Part shown: in pieces, positions 8,476 to 17,837 of the stretch
Layout: every line of letters begins with the position of its first letter
Numbering within the stretch: the stretch's first letter is position 1
NCBI GenBank assembly: GCA_965660075.1
Contig: CBFHYO010000065.1
Location: 538-64,537 of the forward strand
DNA: 64,000 bases
DNA from: Patescibacteria group bacterium
Lineage (GTDB): Bacteria; Patescibacteriota; Gracilibacteria; UBA1369; GCA-2718715
Direction of reading: 5' to 3'
Notes under the pieces: model-generated
What the model saw: the letters and a program-made list of their open reading frames with translations, nothing else
Database searches by the model: none
Told to the model about the DNA's origin: nothing
Translations under genes and position numbers: made by a program

Positions 8476-10299
8476 ATGAAATTGACACCGAATGAAATTA
8501 GAAAAAGATATTTAGAATTTTTTATTAAAAAATGTGCCCACGCCGAAATTCAAAATAGCTCAATTATTCCAGAAAACGACTCATCTTCTTTATTTGTAAT
8601 TGCCGGGATGCAACCGTTAGTTCCATATCTTACTGGTGAGACTCACCCACAAGGTACTAGACTTGTGAACTCGCAACGTTGTATTAGAACAAATGATATC
8701 GAAGAAGTTGGTGATAATACTCACAATACATTCTTTGAAATGCTTGGAAATTGGTCGCTTGGTGATTATTTTAAAGAAGAGTCAATAAGATGGAGCTGGG
8801 AATTTTTAACTGGACCAATCGAAGAAGGTTGCATGGGTATGGATAAGCAAAGATTTTGTGTAACACTATACGAAGGCGATAACGATGTAGACCGCGATGA
8901 TGAAGGTGCGGATATTTGGAGAGAACTCGGATTTAAAACTGTTGAGGAAGCTTCGGATGAGGATTTTATGAGAATTCATTTCTGTGGTAAAGATAACTGG
9001 TGGAAGTTGGGTGCAACTGGACCTTGCGGACCATCTACAGAAATTTTCTACTATCAAGGTGACCTAAACGATCCTAAGTACTTAAACAAAGAATACAAAC
9101 CAAACGATGAAGCTGATTTATATGTAGAAATTTGGAACAATGTATTTATGAGCTACTTTCGAATGGAAGACGGCTCCTTAGAGCTTCTTAAAAACAGAAA
9201 TGTAGATACCGGAATGGGATTTGAAAGACTGGTTTCTGCTGTAAATGGAGTGAGTTCTGCTTATGAAACTGAAATTTTCTCGCCAGTTATAGAAATGCTT
9301 GGTAACGCTGCTCAAAGTGATTTTGCTGAATCCATTATTTCGAAGAGAATAATTGCTGATCACACTCGAGCTGCAATCATTTTAATGGGTGATAAATATG
9401 GAATTGAACCATCTAATACCGATCAAGGATATGTTCTTAGAAAACTTATTCGTCGTGCATATAGACACCTTAGAAAACTTGAAATTGATGACTCGGTAAT
9501 GATTAAAGTTGCAGAATTTTTTATAGATTCATACAAGGATCACTATACAGAAATTGCTGAGAGCGCTGATGTTATTCGAAATGCTATGAGTCAAGAAATA
9601 GAACAGTTTGCAAAAACTCTAAAAACTGGAGAAAAAGAATTTGCAAAAATTATTTCAGAATTACCTGCTGGAAGTAAAATTAATGGTAAAGATTGCTTTA
9701 AGCTGTACGACACTTATGGTTTTCCTTTGGAAATGACTGTGGAGTTAGCTAAAGAACATGGTTTCACGGCTGATGAAGCTGGATTTGAAGAAGCATTCAA
9801 GGCCCATCAAGAATTGTCGAGAGCTGGGGCAGAACAAAAGTTTAAAGGTGGTTTAGCTGATCACTCAGAAGAAACAACTAAATTACACACTGCAACTCAC
9901 CTACTTCACCAAGCACTTAGAAATATTCTTGGTGATCATGTAGAGCAAAAAGGATCGAATATCACTCAAGAAAGACTTAGATTTGATTTTAATCATGACG
10001 AAAAAGTAAATCCAGAACAATTGGCTCAGGTTGAAGAAATGGTAAATTATCAAATCCAAAGAAACCTACATATCACTCACGATGTAATGACAGTAAACGA
10101 AGCAAAAGAAAATGGTGCCATTGGGTTATTTGAAGACAGATATGGAGATCAGATTAAAGTGTATCGAATTGGTGATTTCTCGCTTGAAATTTGTGGAGGA
10201 CCTCATGTTGCTGCGACTGGAGAAATGGGAACTTTTAAAATTAAAAAAGAAGAAAGTTGCGGGAAAGGGATTAGAAGAATAAAAGCAGTTTTAATTTAA
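8476..10299 (+). CDS. alaS: Alanine--tRNA ligase, short form (catalytic and editing domains, no C-Ala domain)
   Basis: The N-terminus is YLEFFIKKCAHAEIQNSSIIPENDSSSLFVIAGMQ. The editing-domain motifs HTATHLLHQAL and CGGPHV are present. The protein is 607 aa and ends soon after the editing domain. Confidence 0.9.
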   Translation: MKLTPNEIRKRYLEFFIKKCAHAEIQNSSIIPENDSSSLFVIAGMQPLVPYLTGETHPQGTRLVNSQRCIRTNDIEEVGDNTHNTFFEMLGNWSLGDYFKEESIRWSWEFLTGPIEEGCMGMDKQRFCVTLYEGDNDVDRDDEGADIWRELGFKTVEEASDEDFMRIHFCGKDNWWKLGATGPCGPSTEIFYYQGDLNDPKYLNKEYKPNDEADLYVEIWNNVFMSYFRMEDGSLELLKNRNVDTGMGFERLVSAVNGVSSAYETEIFSPVIEMLGNAAQSDFAESIISKRIIADHTRAAIILMGDKYGIEPSNTDQGYVLRKLIRRAYRHLRKLEIDDSVMIKVAEFFIDSYKDHYTEIAESADVIRNAMSQEIEQFAKTLKTGEKEFAKIISELPAGSKINGKDCFKLYDTYGFPLEMTVELAKEHGFTADEAGFEEAFKAHQELSRAGAEQKFKGGLADHSEETTKLHTATHLLHQALRNILGDHVEQKGSNITQERLRFDFNHDEKVNPEQLAQVEEMVNYQIQRNLHITHDVMTVNEAKENGAIGLFEDRYGDQIKVYRIGDFSLEICGGPHVAATGEMGTFKIKKEESCGKGIRRIKAVLI

Positions 10300-11357
10300 T
10301 GAATACAATTGTAATCACAAGGCTACCCTTAAACAGCCAACTTGGTGGAGAAGAGCTACATACCCTAGATGTAGCTCTGTTTTTGCGTAAACAAGGGTTT
10401 AGAGTAATTTTTTTGTCTAAGTGCCCAGTACTCGAAACACTTGCTCAAAAACATGATTTTAAATATATAAAAACTAAAAACCTACCCGCTTCGCCAACGA
10501 GTAAAAAGAGTTTATTTGTTTTTGGATTGTCATTTGTTTTTTCGCTTATCGAAAGTTTATTTTGGATAACTTGGATTCGAATAGGCTATGGCAAATTTAA
10601 GTTCTACAACTTAAACCTTGGAGACAAATTACTTTTTGGATTTTGGGCTAAAATACTTGGTATTAAATCAGTTTTTGTAGAACATGCAACCATTGGAAAA
10701 TGGCTTATGAAAAATCCTTTTTTGATTATCCTAAAGTGGATATGCCGATCTGAAAATATCCATATTGTGACAGTATCAAGACGAATGCAACAATCACTTC
10801 AAGAAATATTAAAGGTAAATGTTGTAGAGATTCGTAATGGTGTCAGATTGCAAAAAAAACTGGATTTGGAGCATGTGAATTCTAAACAAATTTTATTTGT
10901 TGGAAGACTCGAAAAAGATAAAGGCTTTGATATATTTTGTGAAATAGCAAAAAACAATCCCGATCTCGAATTTGTTTGTGCAGGTGTGGGAAGTCTTTCT
11001 CGATTGGCAAAAAACATTTCAAACATGAAACTATTGGGTTTTATGGAACATCAAAAATTAGCAGAGCTCTATAAATCTAGTGCACTATTACTACTACCTT
11101 CCACCACACAAGACCCATTTGGTTTAGTGGTTTGTGAATCATTGAGTTACGGGTGTCCGGTAATGTGTTCTGACATGGTTAATGCATCTGACTACCTAGA
11201 TTCTAAATTTGTTTGTAGGATTCAGGATTTTCAATTTAGATTTAGCAACTTCTATAAAAACTCGGCACGGCTAAGACAACGATCTTTTGAATGCAGTAAA
11301 GAGTTTGATCAGCAAATTATGCTTAAAAACTATGCAAGTTTCTTAAACTCTTTGTAA
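10299..11357 (+). CDS. Glycosyltransferase, GT-B fold (family 1/4-like)
   Basis: The C-terminal half has the typical GRLEKDKGFD...LLLPSTTQDPFGLVVCESLSYGCPVM signature (E-x7-E region). The start overlaps the alaS stop (TAATG). Confidence 0.75.
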   Translation: MNTIVITRLPLNSQLGGEELHTLDVALFLRKQGFRVIFLSKCPVLETLAQKHDFKYIKTKNLPASPTSKKSLFVFGLSFVFSLIESLFWITWIRIGYGKFKFYNLNLGDKLLFGFWAKILGIKSVFVEHATIGKWLMKNPFLIILKWICRSENIHIVTVSRRMQQSLQEILKVNVVEIRNGVRLQKKLDLEHVNSKQILFVGRLEKDKGFDIFCEIAKNNPDLEFVCAGVGSLSRLAKNISNMKLLGFMEHQKLAELYKSSALLLLPSTTQDPFGLVVCESLSYGCPVMCSDMVNASDYLDSKFVCRIQDFQFRFSNFYKNSARLRQRSFECSKEFDQQIMLKNYASFLNSL

Positions 11358-12385
11358 ACTTTAGAAGCTGTATTATTCCACGTGTACTTATCTAAAATAC
11401 GCCTAGAATTTTGCAAAAGGATTTGTTGTAATTCTTTATTACCAGCTAAGTATTTAATTTGAAATGCAAGATCTGTAGTCTTGGAGGCATCGAAGTAAAT
11501 GGCTGCATCTTCGCAGACTTCTTGCATAACAGTGTTTTTGGTAGTTATAACTGGGGTATTCTGACTAACTGATTCAAGTAATGGAATTCCAAAACCTTCA
11601 TATAAAGATGGATAAATACTAAATTCAGCCTCTTGAATTAAACGGTCTTTATGACTCTTAGAAATAAAACCAGTGATAAAAACTCTGTCTTGAAGTTTCA
11701 ATTCGTAAATTAGGTTTTTAACTTTGTTCATATAAGATGGATCCCCTCCGCCAATCAAGTATAAATTATGCGGTATCTCGTCTTTGATTAATGAAAATTC
11801 ATAAACTAAAGATAGCTGATTTTTTCTTTCTAAAAAGGTAGAAACACAAACAATCTTTGGAGAATTATCTACAATTGCAGATTTGTTCACTTGGTTAAGT
11901 GTACGATTGTAATTAAATCCAAGTGGAGTCACACTGACTCTAGATGAATCAAGCTTGAAATAATTACAAAATTGATCTTTGGTGAAATTTGAGACACAAA
12001 AAAACTTAATTTTTGATAGCTTTACAAGAATTGGTAGAAATAATCTCTCAACAAGCAGAGGTTTTAGAAAGTGCCCCTTGGAAAAATTAAATGCAACCAT
12101 ATCATGAATGGTCACAACTACTTTATGTTGCGTGAATAATGAGACGAATACAGGAGTGATAAAACTTTCCGGGTCAAAATAAATCGCGTTTTTGTCACTT
12201 CTAAGTTTTAGGGCGGTAGCGATATGCCAAAGACCTAATTTTGACCAAAAATTGTTAGTTAGCTCTACAACCTCCAGGTCTTTTTTTGTTTTAAGATAGT
12301 CAATAATCGCACGAGCATAAACACCCTTACCTGTTTTCAAAGAGTTGTTTGCCTGTCTGGAATTTATAAAAACTTTTATTGACAT
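11330..12385 (-). CDS. Glycosyltransferase, GT-B fold (family 1/4-like)
   Basis: It carries YPSLYEGFGIPLLESVSQNTPVITT. It is convergent with the previous glycosyltransferase and their 3' ends overlap by 28 nt. Confidence 0.75.
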   Translation of the reverse strand: MSIKVFINSRQANNSLKTGKGVYARAIIDYLKTKKDLEVVELTNNFWSKLGLWHIATALKLRSDKNAIYFDPESFITPVFVSLFTQHKVVVTIHDMVAFNFSKGHFLKPLLVERLFLPILVKLSKIKFFCVSNFTKDQFCNYFKLDSSRVSVTPLGFNYNRTLNQVNKSAIVDNSPKIVCVSTFLERKNQLSLVYEFSLIKDEIPHNLYLIGGGDPSYMNKVKNLIYELKLQDRVFITGFISKSHKDRLIQEAEFSIYPSLYEGFGIPLLESVSQNTPVITTKNTVMQEVCEDAAIYFDASKTTDLAFQIKYLAGNKELQQILLQNSRRILDKYTWNNTASKVYKEFKKLA

Positions 12386-12398
12386 TCCTGATATTAAA

Positions 12399-12427
12399 TT
12401 GACAAAGATTATGCAAAAGCAATAATA
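12399..12427 (+). promoter_or_regulatory. Sigma70-like promoter candidate (TTGACA-17-ATAATA)
   Basis: TTGACA lies at 12399-12404, followed by a 17-nt spacer and ATAATA at 12422-12427. This is 23 nt upstream of the ATG at 12450. Confidence 0.4.
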
Positions 12428-12449
12428 GAGTTGTACTTATTTTAAATTC

Positions 12450-13091
12450 ATGCACAAGAAATTGCAAGAAAAGCTAGTAACAATCTACACTCGATTTAAG
12501 AAACTTGAAAAAATCGAGAAGTTAGTATGTGCTGCGGCATTACTTTCTGTAGTAGGATTTTTTCTCCCATGGTATTCGGATTTTGACATTTACTCCAATG
12601 GAGTTTTGTATCGTGGTTTCGAAGGACCTGCATCATTTAACAGTTTTGCCATTGTTTTTGCCAATGGACTTTTGATCTTAAATTTTTTAAGTGTAAAATT
12701 CAAAGAATTATTCAGTAAACTCGAACTATCTCTTAAAAAAACATTGTATTACAATGTTGGATTTGTAGGATTTAACTTTGTAAGTTACCTTGCAACATCG
12801 TTGCATCACGATGTTGGAGTGAATCCAAATTACAAATCATTTGGTATTGGATTTGATATAAATATTTTATGTTTGTTTTACTTTTGTTTGTTAAGCTTTA
12901 AGTACTTAAAAGCTAACCCAATAGAAGTGTCAAAATATGTAATGATGGATAAAGATCTTAAGATTGAAGATGTTGTCCAAAACAATTCTCCTGATTTCTC
13001 TCTTGAGTATCGTAAACAGCAAGATCTGGCTAATAAAATTCAGGAAAAAGAACAGGAGTTTATTGCAAAACTAAACACACAAGATAGTTAA
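12450..13091 (+). CDS. Multi-pass membrane protein, unknown function
   Basis: This 213-aa ORF has several hydrophobic helices and a charged C-terminal tail. I recognise no family. Confidence 0.55.
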   Translation: MHKKLQEKLVTIYTRFKKLEKIEKLVCAAALLSVVGFFLPWYSDFDIYSNGVLYRGFEGPASFNSFAIVFANGLLILNFLSVKFKELFSKLELSLKKTLYYNVGFVGFNFVSYLATSLHHDVGVNPNYKSFGIGFDINILCLFYFCLLSFKYLKANPIEVSKYVMMDKDLKIEDVVQNNSPDFSLEYRKQQDLANKIQEKEQEFIAKLNTQDS

Positions 13092-13135
13092 AAAATAAAA
13101 ATTACTATCAAACAAGTACTAATTCGAAAATTGAA

Positions 13136-13164
13136 TTGACGGTGAGTTAACACTCACCTATTAT
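13136..13164 (+). promoter_or_regulatory. recA promoter candidate with an inverted repeat filling the spacer (putative operator)
   Basis: TTGACG lies at 13136-13141, followed by a 17-nt spacer and TATTAT at 13159-13164. Positions 13141-13158 read GGTGAGT-TAAC-ACTCACC, a repeat with perfect 7-bp arms. Confidence 0.45.
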
Positions 13165-13197
13165 TGAAATATAAAATGTTAAGTTAATAAAAACATT

Positions 13198-14211
13198 ATG
13201 AAAAACGCAGATGCAAATAAATTAAAATCCATGGAAATGGCCATGGCTCAAATCGAGAAAAGTTTTGGTAAAGGCTCGATTATGAAACTTGGTGACAATA
13301 AAAAAGCTCAAATTGAAACTTATCCAACTGGCTCTATGTCATTAGATATAGCATTAGGTGGAGGTATTCCAAAAGGAAGAATTTGTGAAATATATGGACC
13401 AGAGAGTTCGGGTAAAACAACACTAACTCTACATGTTATTGCAGAATGTCAGAAGAAAGGTGGTATTGCAGCATTTATAGATGCTGAACACGCTTTAGAT
13501 CCGGAATATGCAAAAAAAGTTGGAGTCGATATTGATAACTTATTAGTATCTCAACCAGACAGTGGTGAGCAAGCACTTGAAATAGTTGAAACCCTTGTAC
13601 GCTCTAGCGCGGTAGACTTGATAATTGTAGATTCTGTAGCGGCGCTCACACCACGTGCAGAAATCGAAGGTGATATGGGAGATGCACACATGGGTCTACA
13701 AGCAAGACTTATGAGTCAGGCCCTTAGAAAACTTACAGCTATCGCATCTAGATCGAATGTGAGTATCATATTCATCAACCAAATCAGAATGAAAATTGGC
13801 GTAATGTTTGGTAATCCAGAAACAACTACTGGTGGTAATGCATTAAAATTCTACTCATCTGTGAGAATGGAAATCAGAAGTGCTGGTAAGATTGAGGCTA
13901 CTGCCGTAGATGGTAAAGAACTAGTTGGTAATAAAGTTAAGGTTAAGGTTGTTAAAAATAAAATTGCACCACCATTTAGAATTGCTGAATTTGATATTAT
14001 GTACAATAAAGGTATTTCTTCGGAAGGTGACATTTTAAATCTATGTGAAAAATATGAAGTAATTCGTAAAAATGGTTCCTTCTATAATTATAAAGACGCG
14101 AATATTGGTCAGGGTCGAGAAAATGCTAAGAAATATATGATCGAAAATCCAAAAGTAATAGAAGAAATGAAGAAAGAAATTATGAAAGCGATTCAAACAC
14201 GTGAATCATAA
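13198..14211 (+). CDS. recA: Recombinase RecA
   Basis: It has the Walker A motif [12 protein letters not shown] plus [10 protein letters not shown] and [29 protein letters not shown], and is full length. Confidence 0.97.
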   Translation: MKNADANKLKSMEMAMAQIEKSFGKGSIMKLGDNKKAQIETYPTGSMSLDIALGGGIPKGRICEIYGPESSGKTTLTLHVIAECQKKGGIAAFIDAEHALDPEYAKKVGVDIDNLLVSQPDSGEQALEIVETLVRSSAVDLIIVDSVAALTPRAEIEGDMGDAHMGLQARLMSQALRKLTAIASRSNVSIIFINQIRMKIGVMFGNPETTTGGNALKFYSSVRMEIRSAGKIEATAVDGKELVGNKVKVKVVKNKIAPPFRIAEFDIMYNKGISSEGDILNLCEKYEVIRKNGSFYNYKDANIGQGRENAKKYMIENPKVIEEMKKEIMKAIQTRES

Positions 14212-14669
14212 TGTCAAAACCAATTAACAAGCAGCTCTACGGAGCTGCTTGTAGTTATCTGGCCATGCGAGAGCATGGCGCTGTAGAACTATTTAAGAAG
14301 CTCAAAAAAAAATATCCAGAGGTAATGGAATCAGAAATCAACAATCTGATTGACTTTCTTAAAGATAAGAATTTTCAGAGTGATAAGAGATATCTAGAAA
14401 TGCTTATTAAATCAAGATACAACAAAGGTTATGGCATGAATATGATACGGGCCTATGTAATGAATAAAGATGTAAGCATGAATATGTTTGATCAAATTTT
14501 TTACTCACTTAACTTGGATTTAGAATCTTCCTGCTATAGTTTTCTAGAAAAATATTCACACAAAGATCGTGATAAACTTATTAGAAAGGCTGTGAACCGA
14601 GGATTTAGTTACGAACAAGTCAAAAACAATCTTAAAAAACTTGATAATGAAGCAAATGATATGCTATAG
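14211..14669 (+). CDS. recX: RecA regulator RecX
   Basis: It lies immediately after recA with an ATAATG junction. This 152-aa helical-repeat protein contains DKRYLEMLIKSRYNKGYGMNMIRAYVMNK, typical of RecX. Confidence 0.75.
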   Translation: MSKPINKQLYGAACSYLAMREHGAVELFKKLKKKYPEVMESEINNLIDFLKDKNFQSDKRYLEMLIKSRYNKGYGMNMIRAYVMNKDVSMNMFDQIFYSLNLDLESSCYSFLEKYSHKDRDKLIRKAVNRGFSYEQVKNNLKKLDNEANDML

Positions 14670-14742
14670 TTTAACTAATAGAGACTAGTTTTTGTAAAGA
14701 GCTGGTCGTTTTATTTTATGTTTAAAAATTAATTTCCAACAA

Positions 14743-16032
14743 ATGCAATCACAATTTAACGCAGCTATAAACCAGTTGGTTTCTGAAAAGAATCTACCAA
14801 GGGATATAGTTGAAGACATTATTAAATCAGCCTTTAAGGCAGCCTACAAAAAGGACTTTGGAACCCGGGAACAAAATATAGATGTAGAACTGTCTGAATC
14901 TGGTGAGATGGCAACTGTATTTCAAATATTAACTGTTGTTGAGTCTGTAGAGGATCCAGATTTAGAAATTTCTCCAGAAGAAGCTTTGAAATACGTTAAA
15001 ACAGCTAAAATCGGGGATGAAATCAGAATCGATGTAACTCCAATGGAGTATGGTAGAATTGCTGCACAATCAGCTAAACAAGTGATTATTCAAAAATTAC
15101 AAGAAGCTGAACGTGAAATTCTTTATACTAATTTTAAAGATCGTGAAAATGAATTAATTCACGCTCAAGTTCATAGAGTACAAAATGACCATGTGTTTAT
15201 TGACCTAGGTAAAATTATTATTGAATTACCACGTGAATCTCAAATTAGAGGAGAAAAATATTATGCAGGGCAAAGATTAAAACTTTACTTAGATAAAGTA
15301 GTTAAAACTTCTAAAGGTCCTAAATTGATGATTTCGAGAACTCACCCAAACTTAGTTCGTAAATTACTAGAAATTGAAATTCCAGAAATTACAGAAGGTA
15401 CTGTTGTTGTTCACAAAATTGCTCGTGATCCAGGTGTTAGATGTAAAATCACTGTAAGTTCTACAGACCCTAAAATAGACCCAATTGGTTCTTGTGTTGG
15501 ACAAAAAGGTGTACGTATTCAAAGTGTAATGGATGAGATAGCTGGTGAACGTATCGATGTATTAATTCACACAGATGACAATGAACAATTACTAAGATCT
15601 GCACTTGCTCCTGCAGAAGTTAACGTTATAAAATTTTTAGAAGACGACAGAGTGGAAGCTTACGTAGAAGAAGAACAAAGACCGTTGGCAATTGGTAGAA
15701 AAGGTCAAAATGTGAGATTGGCTTCTAAACTTTTAGATATGGAACTAGACATTAAAAACTTTGACGATTTAACAGATAAAGAAAAACAAGAATTCTTGGA
15801 TAAGAAAGCAAAAGCTCAAGCTAAGGCAGAACAACAAGTTCAAGAAGCTGAAAATAAACAAGAAGAATCAGATGTTGATGGTTTAGAAATTGACCAACAA
15901 TACAAAGATGCTCTTATGGATGCTAACTTAAATCAATCTATGCAATTGAAAGGTTTAAGTGTAGTTGACTTGCAAACTATCGAAGGAATTGACGAAGAAG
16001 GTGCTCAACAAATTTACAACGCCGTAAACTAA
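14743..16032 (+). CDS. nusA: Transcription termination/antitermination factor NusA
   Basis: The layout is N-terminal domain, S1 and two KH domains (IGSCVGQKGVRIQSV, AIGRKGQNVRLASKL), followed by an acidic/lysine-rich tail. Confidence 0.92.
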   Translation: MQSQFNAAINQLVSEKNLPRDIVEDIIKSAFKAAYKKDFGTREQNIDVELSESGEMATVFQILTVVESVEDPDLEISPEEALKYVKTAKIGDEIRIDVTPMEYGRIAAQSAKQVIIQKLQEAEREILYTNFKDRENELIHAQVHRVQNDHVFIDLGKIIIELPRESQIRGEKYYAGQRLKLYLDKVVKTSKGPKLMISRTHPNLVRKLLEIEIPEITEGTVVVHKIARDPGVRCKITVSSTDPKIDPIGSCVGQKGVRIQSVMDEIAGERIDVLIHTDDNEQLLRSALAPAEVNVIKFLEDDRVEAYVEEEQRPLAIGRKGQNVRLASKLLDMELDIKNFDDLTDKEKQEFLDKKAKAQAKAEQQVQEAENKQEESDVDGLEIDQQYKDALMDANLNQSMQLKGLSVVDLQTIEGIDEEGAQQIYNAVN

Positions 16033-16061
16033 GTTCTGCTGATTTTCATTAAACTTATTAG

Positions 16062-16085
16062 CCCTAGAGAAATCTAGGGTTTTTG
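16062..16085 (+). terminator. Rho-independent terminator after nusA
   Basis: The hairpin is CCCTAGA-GAAA-TCTAGGG followed by TTTTTG. Confidence 0.8.
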
Positions 16086-16087
16086 TA

Positions 16088-16117
16088 TGTGACTTTTGTG
16101 TGATTTTTTGGTATAAT
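16088..16117 (+). promoter_or_regulatory. Extended -10 promoter candidate for the PilB-like gene
   Basis: TGgTATAAT lies at 16109-16117, with a weak -35-like TGTGAC at 16088-16093. The ATG is at 16138. Confidence 0.4.
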
Positions 16118-16137
16118 AAAGTGAATTAATTAAAAAC

Positions 16138-17835
16138 ATGGTAGATTCGGCTAATTTACAGGGTGCATTTAAGGGAGATAACCACTCACAAAGAGACAAC
16201 AAAGGAAGTCTTTTAGATGTTAGTGCTGGGATTAATAAAGAGTTCAAAGAGAAGGCTGTGAAAGATAAAGCTTCTGCAAGTGGTGGTAAATATGGCTATA
16301 TAGACATTGCTGCAACTCCGATAAATCCAGATCTGTATTCTATGGTAGATGCAGATATTCTAAAGCAATCTCAAACTATCCCCTTTTTTAGACTAGGATC
16401 GCAACTTAGAATTGCTGTTGTGAATCCAGATTCTGAAAATACTAAATTAGTAATCGAAAAATTGACAAAGGCTGGCTACTCATTGCAAATCAATTTGTGT
16501 TCACTGGATGGTTTCAATGTTGCAATAAACCCTTTTTTAGCTTTTAAAGCTGAACATGTACAATCTGAAAATGTTCTTGAAAAAAAGGATATAGAAGAAT
16601 ATCAAAAGGAATTAGAAAACCTTGCTAAACTAACAGAGCAAATGAAAGTGTCTTCTGCGAAAGATGGTCTTTTGACTTTGCTAGTAGGTGCAATAAGAAC
16701 TAAAGCTTCGGATATTCATATGCAGCCCGAGGAAGATTCTGTTAAATTAAGATTTAGAATCGATGGTATTTTACAAACAGTTTCTAAATTGGACTCAAAG
16801 ATTTACGATCAACTTTGTAAGCAAATAAAATACGATGCTGGGATGAAATTAAATGTAACAGACGTTCCACAAGATGGTCGTCTAATGTTCGAAACTCAAA
16901 ATAGACAAGTAGATGTTCGTGTTTCTGTACTACCTACAGACAATGGTGAGACTGTCGTAATGCGTTTGCTGGATTCTGGTAAAAAGTTTTTGTCTTTGGA
17001 ACAACTAGGTTTTAACGAGGATCATCTAAAGATTTTTGAAAAGATTTGTAAACTATCTCAAGGTATGATTTTGGTAACTGGTCCAACTGGATCTGGTAAA
17101 ACTACTTCTTTGTACTCGATGCTTTCAAACTATAACACACCAGATAAAAAAATTATTACACTAGAAGATCCTGTTGAGTATCATTTAGATAATATTGTTC
17201 AAAGTCAAATTCATGCTGACAAAGGTTACACATTTGCATCTGGACTTGAATCTATTTTAAGGCAAGATCCTGATGTTGTAATGATTGGTGAGATCCGTGA
17301 ATATGACACCGCTAACACCGCCCTACAAGCAAGTTTAACCGGTCACGTTGTACTTTCTACAATACATACAAATAGTGCGCTTGAAAGCGTGTCTAGACTT
17401 ATGAACATTGGTATTGAACCTTATTTGATTGCTCCAAGTTTGGACACTGTTATCGCCCAAAGACTAGCAAGAACATTCTGCCCTAAATGTGTTAAACAAG
17501 AAACAGTTAATGATCAAGAACGTGCTAAGCTTACAGAATACTTACAAAGCGTAACTGCTGTAACAAAAAAAGAATATCAAGTGCCAGACTCTCTGCCAAA
17601 AGCACAAGGATGTGAAGTATGTAATCATACCGGTTATCTTGGACGTGTTGTTTTGGCCGAAGTTATCCGTTTAGATGAAGATCTTAAGGAGATGATTTTG
17701 CAAAAAGATTCAACTTACAAATTACAGAAGAAAGCATTTGAAAAAGGAATTATTTCTATGTTTATGGATGGTATTATAAAAGTTGTCACAGGGAAAACTT
17801 CTTTAGAAGAAGTGTTAAGGGTGTGTTCTAGGTAA
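16138..17835 (+). CDS. pilB: Type II/IV secretion ATPase (PilB/GspE family)
   Basis: It has Walker A GPTGSGKTT, an Asp box and Walker B (DPDVVMIGEIRE), the His box GHVVLSTIHTN and the C-terminal tetracysteine CPKC...CEVC. Confidence 0.9.
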   Translation: MVDSANLQGAFKGDNHSQRDNKGSLLDVSAGINKEFKEKAVKDKASASGGKYGYIDIAATPINPDLYSMVDADILKQSQTIPFFRLGSQLRIAVVNPDSENTKLVIEKLTKAGYSLQINLCSLDGFNVAINPFLAFKAEHVQSENVLEKKDIEEYQKELENLAKLTEQMKVSSAKDGLLTLLVGAIRTKASDIHMQPEEDSVKLRFRIDGILQTVSKLDSKIYDQLCKQIKYDAGMKLNVTDVPQDGRLMFETQNRQVDVRVSVLPTDNGETVVMRLLDSGKKFLSLEQLGFNEDHLKIFEKICKLSQGMILVTGPTGSGKTTSLYSMLSNYNTPDKKIITLEDPVEYHLDNIVQSQIHADKGYTFASGLESILRQDPDVVMIGEIREYDTANTALQASLTGHVVLSTIHTNSALESVSRLMNIGIEPYLIAPSLDTVIAQRLARTFCPKCVKQETVNDQERAKLTEYLQSVTAVTKKEYQVPDSLPKAQGCEVCNHTGYLGRVVLAEVIRLDEDLKEMILQKDSTYKLQKKAFEKGIISMFMDGIIKVVTGKTSLEEVLRVCSR

Positions 17836-17837
17836 CA

